Shown: positions 1-11,260 of the stretch, piece by piece
Numbering within the stretch: the first letter of the stretch is position 1
Layout: each line of letters begins with the position of its first letter
Assembly (NCBI RefSeq): GCF_006345805.1
Contig: NC_042998.1
Coordinates: forward strand, 126,604,001 to 126,668,000
Reading direction: 5' to 3'
Origin: Octopus sinensis
Lineage: Eukaryota
Length of the DNA: 64,000 nt
Position numbers and translations under genes: made by a program
Notes under the pieces: model-generated
Databases searched by the model: none
What the model saw: the letters and a program-made list of their open reading frames with translations, nothing else
What the model was told of the DNA's origin: nothing

Positions 1-164
1 GATATGAGATCACCATGTCACGCACATATGGTTGTGATGCATGTGCCTGGTGTACCCTTATCAGGCGGGTATTAATGATGGGTATACTGGGCTTATTTTA
101 CTCCAGTGTTACATATTTTACCCCAGTGTTACTTCGAGAGCATGCACTGCTCTCTCACTCAATA

Positions 165-748
165 ATGGCTTCAAATTTTGCCACAAGGGCAGCAATTTTG
201 GGAGGAGATGAGTCGATTACATCGACCCCAGTGCGTAACAGGTACTTATTTTATCGACCTCAACAGAATGAAAAGTAAAGTCGACCTCGGCAGAATTTGA
301 ACTCAGAACGTAACGACGGGCAAAATACCTATTTCTTTACTACCCACAAGGGGCTAAACAGAGAGGGGACAAACAAGGTCAGACAAACGGATTAAGTCGA
401 TTATATCGACCCCAGTGCGTAACTGGTACTTAATTTATCGACCCCGAAAGGATGAAAGGCAAAGTCGACCTCGGCGGAATCTGAACTCACACTGTAACGG
501 CAGACGAAATACCTATTTCTATTTCTTTACTACCCACAAGCGGCTAAACACAGAGGGGACAAACAAGGTCAGACAAACGGATTAAGTCGATTATATCGAG
601 CCCAGTGCGTAACTGGTACTTAATTTATCGTCCCCGAAAGGATGAAAGGCAAAGTCGACCTCGGCGGAATTTGAACTCAGAACGTAACGGCAGACGAAAT
701 ACGGCTACGCATTTCGCCCGGCGTGCTTAACGTTTCTGCCAGCTCGCC
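165..748 (-). mobile_element. tRNA-derived SINE (family A) with internal tandem triplication of a ~184-bp unit
   Basis: Minus strand: head GGCGAGCTGGCAGAAACGTTAAGCACG (A-box-like), B box GAGTTCAAATTCC, central GTCGACTTTGCCTTTCATCCTTTCGGGG block. The B box plus central block occurs 3 times (spacing 184 and 190 bp). Confidence 0.85.
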
Positions 749-1289
749 ATCTTTCAAGTGGATAACATCGTACAAAGTATGCCTATTGTATGACAATATG
801 ACCATTGTTTGAAAAATATAAAGGAGTGGGGATGGAAATAAAGTAGTTGAGAAGCATTTGGCAAAACGATATAGTGGACATAAGAAAATATACAAGGGAT
901 GAATGAAAAATATGCGTGTGTTGCAAAAATGTAAAATATTTGAAAATTGGGAGTGTAAGTATTTTAATAGTGCAGGGAGAATTTCAGCGGAATTTCATCA
1001 TAGTTGGAGGAAAAGAGTGAGTAGTGAGCACATCGGAGCATTACACACGCATTCACACGCATTCACACACATATACACACACACTCACATACACACACAC
1101 GCGCACGCACATATACACGCACATACACAGACACACACGCATACATACATACATACATACATACATACATACATACATACATACATACATAACGGGAAGC
1201 TTTATGAAAATAAACAAAAGACGAAGGCAGGTGGAAAACAAACGAACAATTGTATTAGTATGGCGCTCAGGAAATATAAATAAAACAAG

Positions 1290-1327
1290 TCTTTAACGTT
1301 TCGAGCCTACGCTCTTCAACAGAAAGA
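1290..1327 (-). ncRNA. Minimal type-I hammerhead ribozyme-like motif (A6U variant, extra A after A9)
   Basis: Minus strand: TCTTT-CTGTTGA-A-GAGC(GTAG)GCTC-GAA-ACGT-T-AAAGA. Stem I is 5 bp, stem II is 4 bp and stem III is palindromic. Confidence 0.5.
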
Positions 1328-1499
1328 TACACAGAGAGAGAAAAACACAGAAAGAAGGAGAGAAAAAAAATGCGTGCAGTAGCTAACGAATCAACATGGC
1401 GATCTGATTTCGGCCAGAGGTCAAAGATCAAACATGAGACGCGAGCGAAGCGAAATAAGGGGAGATAATAGGGTTGATAAAAGGGGTTGAGGAACCAGC

Positions 1500-1830
1500 T
1501 AAAAGTGCGTGGGAGGGGTCTGGATGTGTTATGTATAGGGTTGGTGTATGTATTAGTATGTAGTGTAAGTGTGTGTGTGTGTGTGTATGTGTATGCGAGA
1601 GTATTAGTGCGTAGGATTGGTCTGGACGTGCTTAGTATGGGGTTGGTGTATGTATTAGTATGTATTAGTATGTATTAGTACGTATTGGTATGTATAGGTG
1701 TGTGTGTGTGTGAGAGAATATAAGTGCGTATGCGGGGTCTGGACGTGTGTATGTATAGGGTTGGTGTAAGTATTAGTATGTACTAGTATGTATAGTACGT
1801 ATTAGATGTATTAGTTGGGTGTGTGTATTA
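1500..1830. repeat. Three diverged ~105-115-bp units containing TATTAGTATG decamer repeats
   Basis: GGTCTGGAYGTG...GGGTTGGTGTA(T/A)GTATTAGTATG starts near 1517, 1620 and 1736. Confidence 0.7.
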
Positions 1831-1874
1831 GTATGGCACATCATATGTGATGTGATGTGTAAAGTCATGTGGTG

Positions 1875-2190
1875 TAGTGAGGAGGAGGGGAGGAGGGGGA
1901 GGGGGAGAAGGGGAGGGGAAGAAGAGGGGGAGGAGAAGGGGAAGGGGGGAAGAGGAGAGGATGGGGGAGAAGGAAGGGGGGAGAGGGGAGAGCAGAGGGG
2001 GAAGGGGAGAGGGAGGGAGAAAGAGGGAAGAAGGGAAGGGGAGTAGGGTGAAAGGATGAAGGACTGAAGAAGTAGGGGGTCGGGGGGAGAAAGGATAGGT
2101 GAGGGGGGGAGGGGGGGGGTTTGATGAGGAGGGGGGGAGAGGAGATTGAGACCAAATGGGTATAAAAGCGAGAGAGAAGATTAAGAGAGA
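1875..2190 (+). repeat. Polypurine (G/A) tract
   Basis: About 310 bp, almost exclusively G/A on the + strand, with many G runs. Confidence 0.85.
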
Positions 2191-2883
2191 GAAGATAATT
2201 CTGTTCACGGCGCAAACGGGAATCCGGATGGCCCTCTGTGTAAGGACAAACCGAACACAGATAGGTGTTGCAAGGAGAGTGACCGGTGGAGCGGAGGAAA
2301 TGGCGTGAGACCCGGTGTGTCGTTCGCAAGGTGGATGTCACGAAGGTGTTCCGCGAACCGGTCAGCCAAGCGGCGTCCCGTTTGTCCGATGTACAAGGAA
2401 TTGCAGAGAGAACAAGAGATGCAATAGATAATATTGCTGGAGGTGCAGGGAAGGAGTGGAGATGATGGGATAGGGTCGATGGTGGGTGCTAGTGAGGCGG
2501 GTGGGTTGGAGAGTTGTGGAGAGTAAGGCAAGTGCGGCAACGTGGGCGGGAGCAGGGGAACGAGCCGGGTTGGGGGTAGGCGGGTCAGGGAAGGAGCTAT
2601 GGACATACATACATACATACATACACATATGCATACATACATACATACATAATACATACATATGTATCTATATACACATGCATATACGTGCACACTGTCA
2701 CAGACACACAGACACACGCATATATATGTATGTATGTATACATATACACTTATATCTATTTCTATATCAATATTTCTTTGTCTCTCTCTCTCTCTATGTA
2801 TATATATAATATATAGGTATATGAGTATGTTTATATGTATGCATATGTGTGAGTGTGTGTGTAAGTATATGTATATATATATA

Positions 2884-3018
2884 TACAGGGTGTCCCCAAA
2901 AAATGTATACACATCTTAAATAATTGTAAATTTGTTATTCTTTGTAAGCCTAGTACTTATTCTATCGTTCTCTTTTGCCGAACCACTATGTGTATACATT
3001 TTTTTGGGACACCTTGTA
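2884..3018. mobile_element. Tc1/mariner-type MITE, 135 bp
   Basis: 31-bp TIRs TACAGGGTGTCCCCAAAAAATGTATACACAT / ATGTGTATACATTTTTTTGGGACACCTTGTA, TA ends, located in a TA tract. Confidence 0.85.
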
Positions 3019-3039
3019 TATATATATACGTATTTATAC

Positions 3040-3079
<40 letters not shown>

Positions 3080-3136
3080 GTATATATACGTATACACAAA
3101 CATATACATACATATAAACATACTTATGTACCTATA

Positions 3137-3347
3137 TATTGGGTCATCCCATGAATAATGCGGCCTTTTCAATAGCATGAACTAAAAGTCGGAGGGGTAC
3201 GAGATAAACTACCTGCATCAGGTTACTATGAAAGCAGGTAGTAATTTTTCCTTGTACTTATTTTTAGCGCAACAGACGAACTTTGTTTATCTTAATTTTC
3301 AAAAATAAAAGAGGTATAAGAAACCGCATTATTTATGGGATGACTCA

Positions 3348-3350
<3 letters not shown>
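3137..3350. mobile_element. mariner-type MITE, ~214 bp
   Basis: 27-bp TIRs TATTGGGTCATCCCATGAATAATGCGG / CCGCATTATTTATGGGATGACTCAATA. Confidence 0.85.
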
Positions 3351-3387
<37 letters not shown>

Positions 3388-3528
3388 CACACACACACAC
3401 ACACACAATATTTATATATAGTTATATATGCATATATACATTTGCTAATACATATACATACGCCTCATATATGCATACACACACACGCATATATATATAT
3501 ATACAAATGTATATATACATACACACAC

Positions 3529-3572
<44 letters not shown>

Positions 3573-3686
3573 GCGCATATGTGAGGTGCATGTAAGTGTA
3601 TTAGCAGAAGTATGCACGTGTGCATGAATACATACATACATATACATAAATACATACATACATACATACATACATACATACACACA

Positions 3687-3731
<45 letters not shown>

Positions 3732-4245
3732 GTATGTATATGAATGTGTGTGCCTGTATTTGTATAATGTGTACTGGTAGTCTATGTCACTTTCATGTAT
3801 AGTTGTTTAATCTAGAAGGACCATTGAAACAAGTTGTTAACTGACCTACAAAGCCAAATTAAGTGCTCAACGGAAGTACTTTAGTTAAACATGTTTATCG
3901 TACCTTTCTGCTTTCTTTTCTTTTGATTTTTATGTAGTTTTTAAAAATCTCATAGAAATATTTTCTATACATTTCATCAGCATCCTATTTTCTTTTTATT
4001 CTTTATTTTATTTTTATTCTTATTTTTATTATATTGAGTTTTGATGGTGATGATAGTAGTATTGGTGGAGCTGATGCCTATGCATATAGTTTAAACGAGG
4101 TATTTTGTGAAAATAAATTGAATAATGTAACAGTTCCACAATTTATTAGTTGTTCACATACTGTTGATGACAAAAAGAGGTGATTATTAGTGAGGAGAAA
4201 AATGAAACACGAAAATGTATTATTTTTTCCCTCATCTTCTCTCTC

Positions 4246-4317
<72 letters not shown>

Positions 4318-4364
4318 ATATATATATTATAACATATACATATACATATACGTATACATATACA

Positions 4365-4446
4365 GTGTTTTGGTCACTACCTGGAGTTTTACTATCTTTA
4401 ATACCAGCCGCTATCATAACTATTAATATAAACTTTCACCTCCGAA
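4365..4446 (+). repeat. Dispersed repeat, second copy inverted at ~8185-8265
   Basis: TGGTCACTACCTGGAG...ATTAATATAAACTTTCACCTCCGAA matches the reverse complement of 8185-8265 with few mismatches. Confidence 0.75.
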
Positions 4447-5722
4447 GGGTATGTCAAAATTATTCGCACTTTCCACATAACGTATCTTTATTATTGTTAC
4501 ATTGCCTTCGGCGCATGCGTGCTTATAGTTTGTATTATTGTGGTTACGTGATCGAAGTTTGAACCTGATCGCGCCATTTTTCTTTCTGGCTTTACAGTGT
4601 AAGCATGGCCGCTCCACCAGCAATGTACTTATAGAAGAACAAAGAGCAGTGATCCGATTTCTCTGGTCGGAAGGTGTGTCAGGTGCTGACATTCATCGGA
4701 GGCTTTTAGCTCATTACAGGGACAGTGCACTACCGCGAAGAAGTGTTTATGAGTGGATCGAGAAGTTTAGAAGTGGCCGGACAAGCGTAACGCACGAAGA
4801 GGAAGCAGGACGCACGTCAACTTCCATCACTGTGGAGAAGGTCGAGCAAGCTCGAGAGATAGTTATGGTGAAACGGTAAGCTATCTTCGATGAGGTAGCT
4901 CGTTCTCTGCAGATTACTCATGGTTCTGCCTATCAAATCATCCACGATGAGCTCGGCTTCCATTAATTCTGTACAAGATGGGTATCAAGAGAGCTTACTC
5001 CAGAGCACAAGAGCAAACATCTTGAAGTCTTCCAACTTTTACACGATCTCTACAACAATGAGGGCGAGGAATTTTGGGGCAGAATAGTCACAGGAGATGA
5101 ATCGTGGTTCAGAATCCAAAAGACAGAGTATAGAGTGGAAACATCCTGGATCGCCAGCGACAAAGAAATTCAAGACTCAGTCTTCCGTAGGAAAGGTGAT
5201 GCCAAAAAAACCTATACTGGAAGACTACTTGGAAAAGGGGTGTACGATCAACAGTGGAAGATGCAGTGCTTTGCTGGCCAACAAACTGAAGTCAGCAATT
5301 CGCACCAAAACGCTGAATCCTATTGTCGAAGAAAGTCTTGTTACCGCATCACAATGCACGCCCACACACGGCCGCCCAGACCGTTGAAACCATTAACCAA
5401 TTGAATTTTGAGGTACTGGAACACGTTGCCTTCATCCCAGATCTCGCCCCTTCCGACTATCATATCTTTGAATTGCACAAAGAGGGTTTACGTGGTCGTC
5501 GATTTCTTACGGATGAAGATGTGAAAGAAGCGGTGCATAAATGCTTGCACCACCAACTGAAAACCTTTTTCTTAGAGGAAATGCGCAAGCTTGTGGAGCG
5601 CTGGACCAAGTGCATTGAAAAGGAAGGAGACTATATAGAAAACTGACGTACTTGTTTATCTCCTGCTTTTGTGAAAATACATTGAAAAATCAAGTGCGTA
5701 TTATTTTTGACTCACTCTCGTA
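4441..5722 (+). mobile_element. Full-length (~1.28 kb) defective mariner transposon, DD34D type
   Basis: About 30-bp TIRs (4441-4470, 5693-5722). Broken ORFs 4538..4879, 5097..5387 and 5323..5646 contain EQRAVIRFLWSEG, VTGDESW, HHNARPH (second catalytic D replaced by H) and PDLAPSDYHIF. Confidence 0.95.
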
Positions 5723-5849
5723 TATATTCAAGAGTGTGTATACATGTATACACACACACGCACATGTATAAGCACAAACATACACACGCACACACATACA
5801 CACACGCATACACATACACACATATATACCATATTCACAAACTTAAAAA

Positions 5850-6520
5850 TAAGAAGCTGAATTTAGAAATCGTAGATTCTGAAAATATCGTCAGGAATAT
5901 AATAAATTCAGAATGCAGGGAAAACCATTATAGTGGAGGGCAAAATAATGGTAGTCCAACTGATTGTAACATAAGTGGAAATATTAATTACAGATGATAT
6001 GAGTAACAACTGGAATGCTGGAAGCACTAATGCTAATGAGAATGACAATAATGAGAACAATGAAAATATAAATAGTAACAATAAAAACAATAACAATCCC
6101 ACAAAGAAGAAAGATATGGAAACATATACGACCTGGTTGCAAACGGTGATATATAAAAATGCAATTCTAGATATAAGAAAGCATGCCCTTTGGCGAACGA
6201 GTGCTTACATAGACACATTATATACAAATGTACTGTGAGAACAGGTGCACATGTGTAAGCATACATAGTGCAACATTCAACAGCTTCAAGAATCGCTGGA
6301 AGAACCATGCAGCATAATTTAGGAACAGCTGCAAAAGGAAATGCACATCGCTCACGGACCCTATAAGGGACCTCAAACGGAAAAAAGATACAAGAACGAC
6401 TTGGACAGTGATACAAAATGCATACCCTTATAGCATATAGTCAAAAGCCTGTAACACTTGCTCGGAAGAGACACTAGAAATGATATTATGCAATGATAAC
6501 TCACCAATAAGCTCTTTGAA
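5850..6520 (+). mobile_element. Degenerate Neptune-type PLE GIY-YIG fragment
   Basis: Translates with stops and frameshifts as CNSRYKKACPLANECLHRHIIYKCTV...FKNRWKNH...TWTVIQNAYPY...CNTCSEETLEM, homologous to ORF 41959..42507. Confidence 0.8.
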
Positions 6521-6962
6521 ATTATCCCATCAGGCAACCATAGAGTTATTTAGAAAATATGGGATATTTAATGTTATATCAATCCTTCATTTACTAAAAA
6601 ATGTAATTATAGTTTATTTATTATCGTGGTATGATTGTTGTTTACCTAAGTTATGTAATTTCATGATTTTATGTGTGTATAGTTATTTAGTTATATCAAT
6701 CCGTTGTTTACTCGAACATGTAATTACAATGTTTCATTATAATCACTGGTATGATTATATTGATGATTACACACACACACGCACACACATGTACGGCAAG
6801 AAGAAAATGGAGGGGATACAGAAAAAGTATGCATCAACTGTTAGACATTATATTATGTCTATTTATATATTTTAAAACATTTATGAGAATATATATACAC
6901 GTGTAAAGACTGTGTATTCCATACTTACGTACTAGTAATTCATAGAATAGAAATAGAACAGT

Positions 6963-7087
6963 TTCTTACGGCCGTTTCTGCCAAGAGGTCACAATACCCT
7001 AGATGTTATTTCCATCTCTTCAGTGTTCTGTAGTGATTAGTTGATAAAATTAGGGTATTGGGTGTATCTGTAGGTTTCATCAGAGAA
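6963..7087 (-). ncRNA. Degenerate hammerhead relic
   Basis: Minus strand: TTCT-CTGATGA...GAA-ACGGCCGT-A-AGAA. An 8-bp AATACCCT/AGGGTATT helix lies within stem II, but the base of stem II does not pair. Confidence 0.35.
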
Positions 7088-7266
7088 TTTAAAAGGGGGT
7101 CTAAAAAGTTCAGAGGGCTGATTCATGTATATATAAATACACCGAAATTACTACGATGATCCGGTTCTTGACTGAAGACTGAGGGGTTCGAATGTCCTGT
7201 CCATGTTTATTGTATCGTCTTCTATGAGTTATACGTTCTTGTCCATGTTGTATTTTTCTACATACC

Positions 7267-7324
<58 letters not shown>

Positions 7325-7329
7325 AAGAC

Positions 7330-7587
7330 CCCTTTCGGTCATGAATGACCATGGGATTGCACCTAGAAAGTTACCCTCCTAGACACAAGTCCGGGCACGG
7401 TTGTTTATGGAAGACCAGCAGTCGCCCATGCATACCAGCCTCCCCTCTCCACGCCACCAGTGTTATCCAAGGGAAAGACAAAGGTCGATACAGCTTGGCA
7501 CCAGTGACGTCGCAACTCATTTCTACAGCTGAGTGAACTGGAGCAACGTGAAATAAAGTGCCTTGCTCAAGAACACAACAGCCAGCC
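7330..7587 (-). mobile_element. 5'-truncated SINE (family B: CORE-like block plus RTE-like tail)
   Basis: Minus strand GTGTTCTTGAGCAAGGCACTTTATTTCACGTTGCTCCAGTTCACTCAGCTGTAGAAATGAG, homologous to the full copy at 57131-57422. Confidence 0.8.
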
Positions 7588-7679
7588 ATTATTACTCTTC
7601 TTATGTACTCTTTAACAGAAATAATGTACTGTACCTGCTGGTAACTGATTCTTATGTATATATGTATATGTGTATATGA

Positions 7680-7727
<48 letters not shown>

Positions 7728-7819
7728 TCATATACACATATACATATATACATAAGAATCAGTTACCAGCAGGTACAGTACATTATTTCTGTTAAAGAGT
7801 ACATAAGAAGAGTAATAAT
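7588..7819. repeat. Perfect 232-bp palindrome centred on (TA)n
   Basis: The left arm (ATTATTACTCTTC...TGAATGTA) is the exact reverse complement of the right arm. Confidence 0.9.
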
Positions 7820-7961
7820 AAGAGCAAAATAGGAGCAAACAATAGAGTTTGAGAAGAGTACAACGTTGTTGAAAGGAAAAGGTATATGAAAGGGATATAT
7901 ATATATGTGTGTGTGTGTGTGTGTATATATAAATATGTATGTATGTATATATATATATATA

Positions 7962-8001
<40 letters not shown>

Positions 8002-8334
8002 CATATTTCATGCGCTGCCTTCCAATATTTATGTTATCTCATCTAGTGGTGGATCGATGGGTATAGTCATCTTTAGTATGTGTTATTTTTAGGAAGGGTG
8101 GATTCATGCAGTGGTTCATATTTTGCTTACATATAAATATAAATATACTGTATGTCTACAGTTGAAGGTTTGAGAGTATGGTCCACGTTTCGGAGGTGAA
8201 AGTTTATATTAATAGCTATGATAGCGGCTGGTACTAAAGATAGTAAAGCTCCAGGTAGTGACCAAAAAAAAAAAATATATATCGTTATATCGGAGCTGTG
8301 AAAGGAAAAGCTAAATCCTGATGTAACAATCCTC

Positions 8335-8500
8335 TTTTGACTTTTAGACACCGTGATTGAAGGCATTCAACTACTCTTTCTCCTTTCACCTGGAAACTTA
8401 AAGATGAAGCGGCTAACTGCGACATCAAATGGAAAATCCTTTCCAAAACCAAATCCTATATTAACTGACAAACGAGATATTCATATTTTCTCTTGAAAAA
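8335..8500 (+). mobile_element. PLE GIY-YIG C-terminal fragment
   Basis: Translates as FRHRD*RHSTTLSPFTWKLKDEAANCDIKWKILSKTKSY, matching the LSKLIWRLKD...WSIL block of ORF 41959. Confidence 0.6.
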
Positions 8501-9789
8501 CTATATCTCTTAAAGAACTTGAAAGCCTCGCATGTTAAGAAATATATTTTGGCGGAATTTAAAAATTGGATACCAGACACATCGTAAACTGATAAAATCT
8601 TGCTTACGCCTTTTGTTTATTGTAACGTTGGTTATTTCCCCTGTGTTTTTCTTTTTGTCTTCTCTCTTTGTTCAAACATCATCTGACTAAATAACAATGA
8701 CAAACGGTCTTGTTTTGAGCTTGAAAATTGGTGAAAAAGGTTAATGCTTCGGCCAGTAAACTATGGGAGCTATATTTCACAACACTTGTTTTTATTATAA
8801 CATTATCTTTACTCCCTTAGCTGACCGAGTGCTTTACTACTTGCTGAAACCCTACACCCCTCTCTCTCTCTTCTTTACACACATTTACATACACACACAC
8901 ATATTTGAATATAGGTAATTCTAGAGTGAAAATACGCTGTTAATATTGATGTAGATTATTTGATAAAGATTAACACCAAAACGATTGACAGGTAAACAAT
9001 AATATTAAAATAGAGAAATTGATAGATTGATCGAGAGGAAGGGAATAGAATTCTAGTCGGGCATCTGTTGTGTGTATTTGTAAGAATCTGCTTTGCATAT
9101 TTGTATGCCTATAAATGTTTACGTGGATGTAACTACGCCAGTATGCGAATAATTGTTTATGAATTTACGTATGTGACCAAACACAATAAAAAAAACCGAT
9201 TATAATTAGTGTTTCAATATTCTCTATTGATGACTTAGTCTATTCTCTTCTTCCCCTCTCAAGAGTCTTGCCGAATAATTTGAAAATATTTGTAATTTGT
9301 TCAATTTCCGACGATTCGCAAGAGAATAAACAGATCTCGCATGATATGTAAATTTGAAATCTTCGTCCATCAATTATACAGTTGCCTTGAATAGACTCAT
9401 TATATCGGAACAACAATTTCCTTTCTGTTTTTTATTGTAAAATATTTTATCTTGTCATTTATATATTTTTTCTGTTGTTACCGTATTCATGAATTTAAGA
9501 AAAAAAAACAATCTCTTGCATTTTTACCTTTATATTTGATTGGAAACGACAAAATAGATACAATGCTGAGCTATCTGCACATGGATACTAATTTCAAATC
9601 TGCTGCTGGAGCTTCGTTTATTTCCGGGGAGGAAATATATCCTATATTCCCTCGGCTCTATTAGCTGTCGAGATTAAGTACCCTATCAGAAAATGCTAGT
9701 GATCACCTACAACAATTGTGGCATCCTGCTATACAAAACAGCTCAATCAGTCCTTTCGTCCGAAAACTTGACTCATTCCAGAATTACTC

Positions 9790-10183
9790 TATGTGTGTAC
9801 ATATATGTGTATATATGTATGTATATATATATATATATGTATGCATGTATGTATGTATGTATGTATGTATGTATGTATGTATGTATGTATGTATGTATGT
9901 ATGTATGTATGTATGTACGTATGTACGTATGTATGTATGTATGTATGTATGTATGTATGTATGTATGTATGTATGCATGTATGTATGTAAGTATGTATGT
10001 ACATAAATACATGCAAACATACATATACATACATGCATATACACATACATGTGTATATGTATATGTATATATATATACATACACATACATACATATATAT
10101 ACATATATATACATATACATACATACATACACATAAATACATGCAAACATACATATACATAGATACATACACACATACATGCG

Positions 10184-10237
<54 letters not shown>

Positions 10238-10448
10238 CGCATACATACACGAACATATATATATACGCACAAACACACATATGTCGGTGTACGTGCGTGT
10301 GCGTATATATTTATATGTATATACATATAATTAGTATATATATACGTACTTGCGCGCGTACACACATACATATATACATGCATGTATGCATACATACATA
10401 CATACATACATACATACATACATACATACATACATACATACATACATA
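9790..10448. repeat. Compound microsatellite (TATG)n/(TA)n/(CATA)n
   Basis: Direct reading; it is the source of the many MYVC/IHTY pseudo-ORFs. Confidence 0.95.
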
Positions 10449-11215
10449 GACTCCTTATGGAGGAAAATCTGGAGTGAAGAGAAGGTATTTAACCAAGATG
10501 CTTTGTGGCTGGAAGAAATACGAAAAAGTTATTGCTCCTGTGTTACACCCAAGACATACAACATTGATTGTGAAACTCTTGCAACTGTGATCCAGAAGCT
10601 ACAGGATGGAAAAGCACCTGGAAGAGACTTGATTGTTGGATATTGGTACAAGAAGCTAACATTCTACCAATCATATTTTATCAATCTGTACCAGCAAGCT
10701 TTCACTGGAAACAGTAGCATACCACACTGGCTAGCTCTGGCAGAGACAGAATTGATCTCGAAATGCAGAACCACCCATTGGCAAAAAACTACCTGCCAAC
10801 TGCATGCCAGAACTTAATGTATATGATATATACATGTTTAAAACTCTTTCTCCAGGACCATTGTGAAACCAATAACATTATCATAGCAGAACAAGCAGCC
10901 GGGAAAAAGTGAGCCTGGGGATGTGCGGAGCAATTGTTAATCAACAAAACTGTGATGTCAGAGCTGCAGAAGCATAGTGTCAATTATTGTTGAGTCCTTG
11001 GGGCAGTACCTGAAGGCATCAAGAGGAATAAAAGGGAAATCGGAATAGATTGCCCAGTAGAACTGTTGCAAAAGGTTTGCCTCCTTGGCACGGTCAGCAT
11101 AATCAGGAAAGTATTAGATACTTCAAAAGAAAAGATAGCATGGTACCGTAGGCTGCAGGTAGCAAGCCCGCTAAGCATGCAAAATTCCAGGAGTTCCAAC
11201 AAAACTTGAGATAAT

Positions 11216-11260
<45 letters not shown>
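10449..11260 (+). mobile_element. R4/Dong-like RLE LINE, internally deleted, with (AAC)n tail
   Basis: RT N-part (KAPGRD...WLALAETELI...EQAAGKK...CAEQLLINK) is joined directly to C-terminal LGAVP...LLQKVCLLGTVSIIRKVL, then the 3' UTR and (AAC)n. Confidence 0.85.

Larger units (their letters stand above)
1240..2600 (-). mobile_element. Penelope-like element 3' fragment (GIY-YIG endonuclease, C-rich 3' region, pLTR)
   Basis: ORF 2205..2912(-) contains CTSSNIIYCISCSLCNSLYIGQTGRRLADRFAEHLRDI (GIY-YIG). An upstream frameshifted CSRPRCRTC linker is present. Confidence 0.85.

Noticed and set aside
165-748. CRISPR-like regular repeats (also at 44.2 and 51 kb)
   Set aside because: The whole 184-bp unit repeats with no unique spacers, it is SINE-derived, and there are no cas genes in this eukaryotic context.
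8180-8265. Hammerhead-shaped fold TGGTC...GAAACGTG-GACCA
   Set aside because: The core slot reads ACTACCT in both copies and the cleavage base is G.
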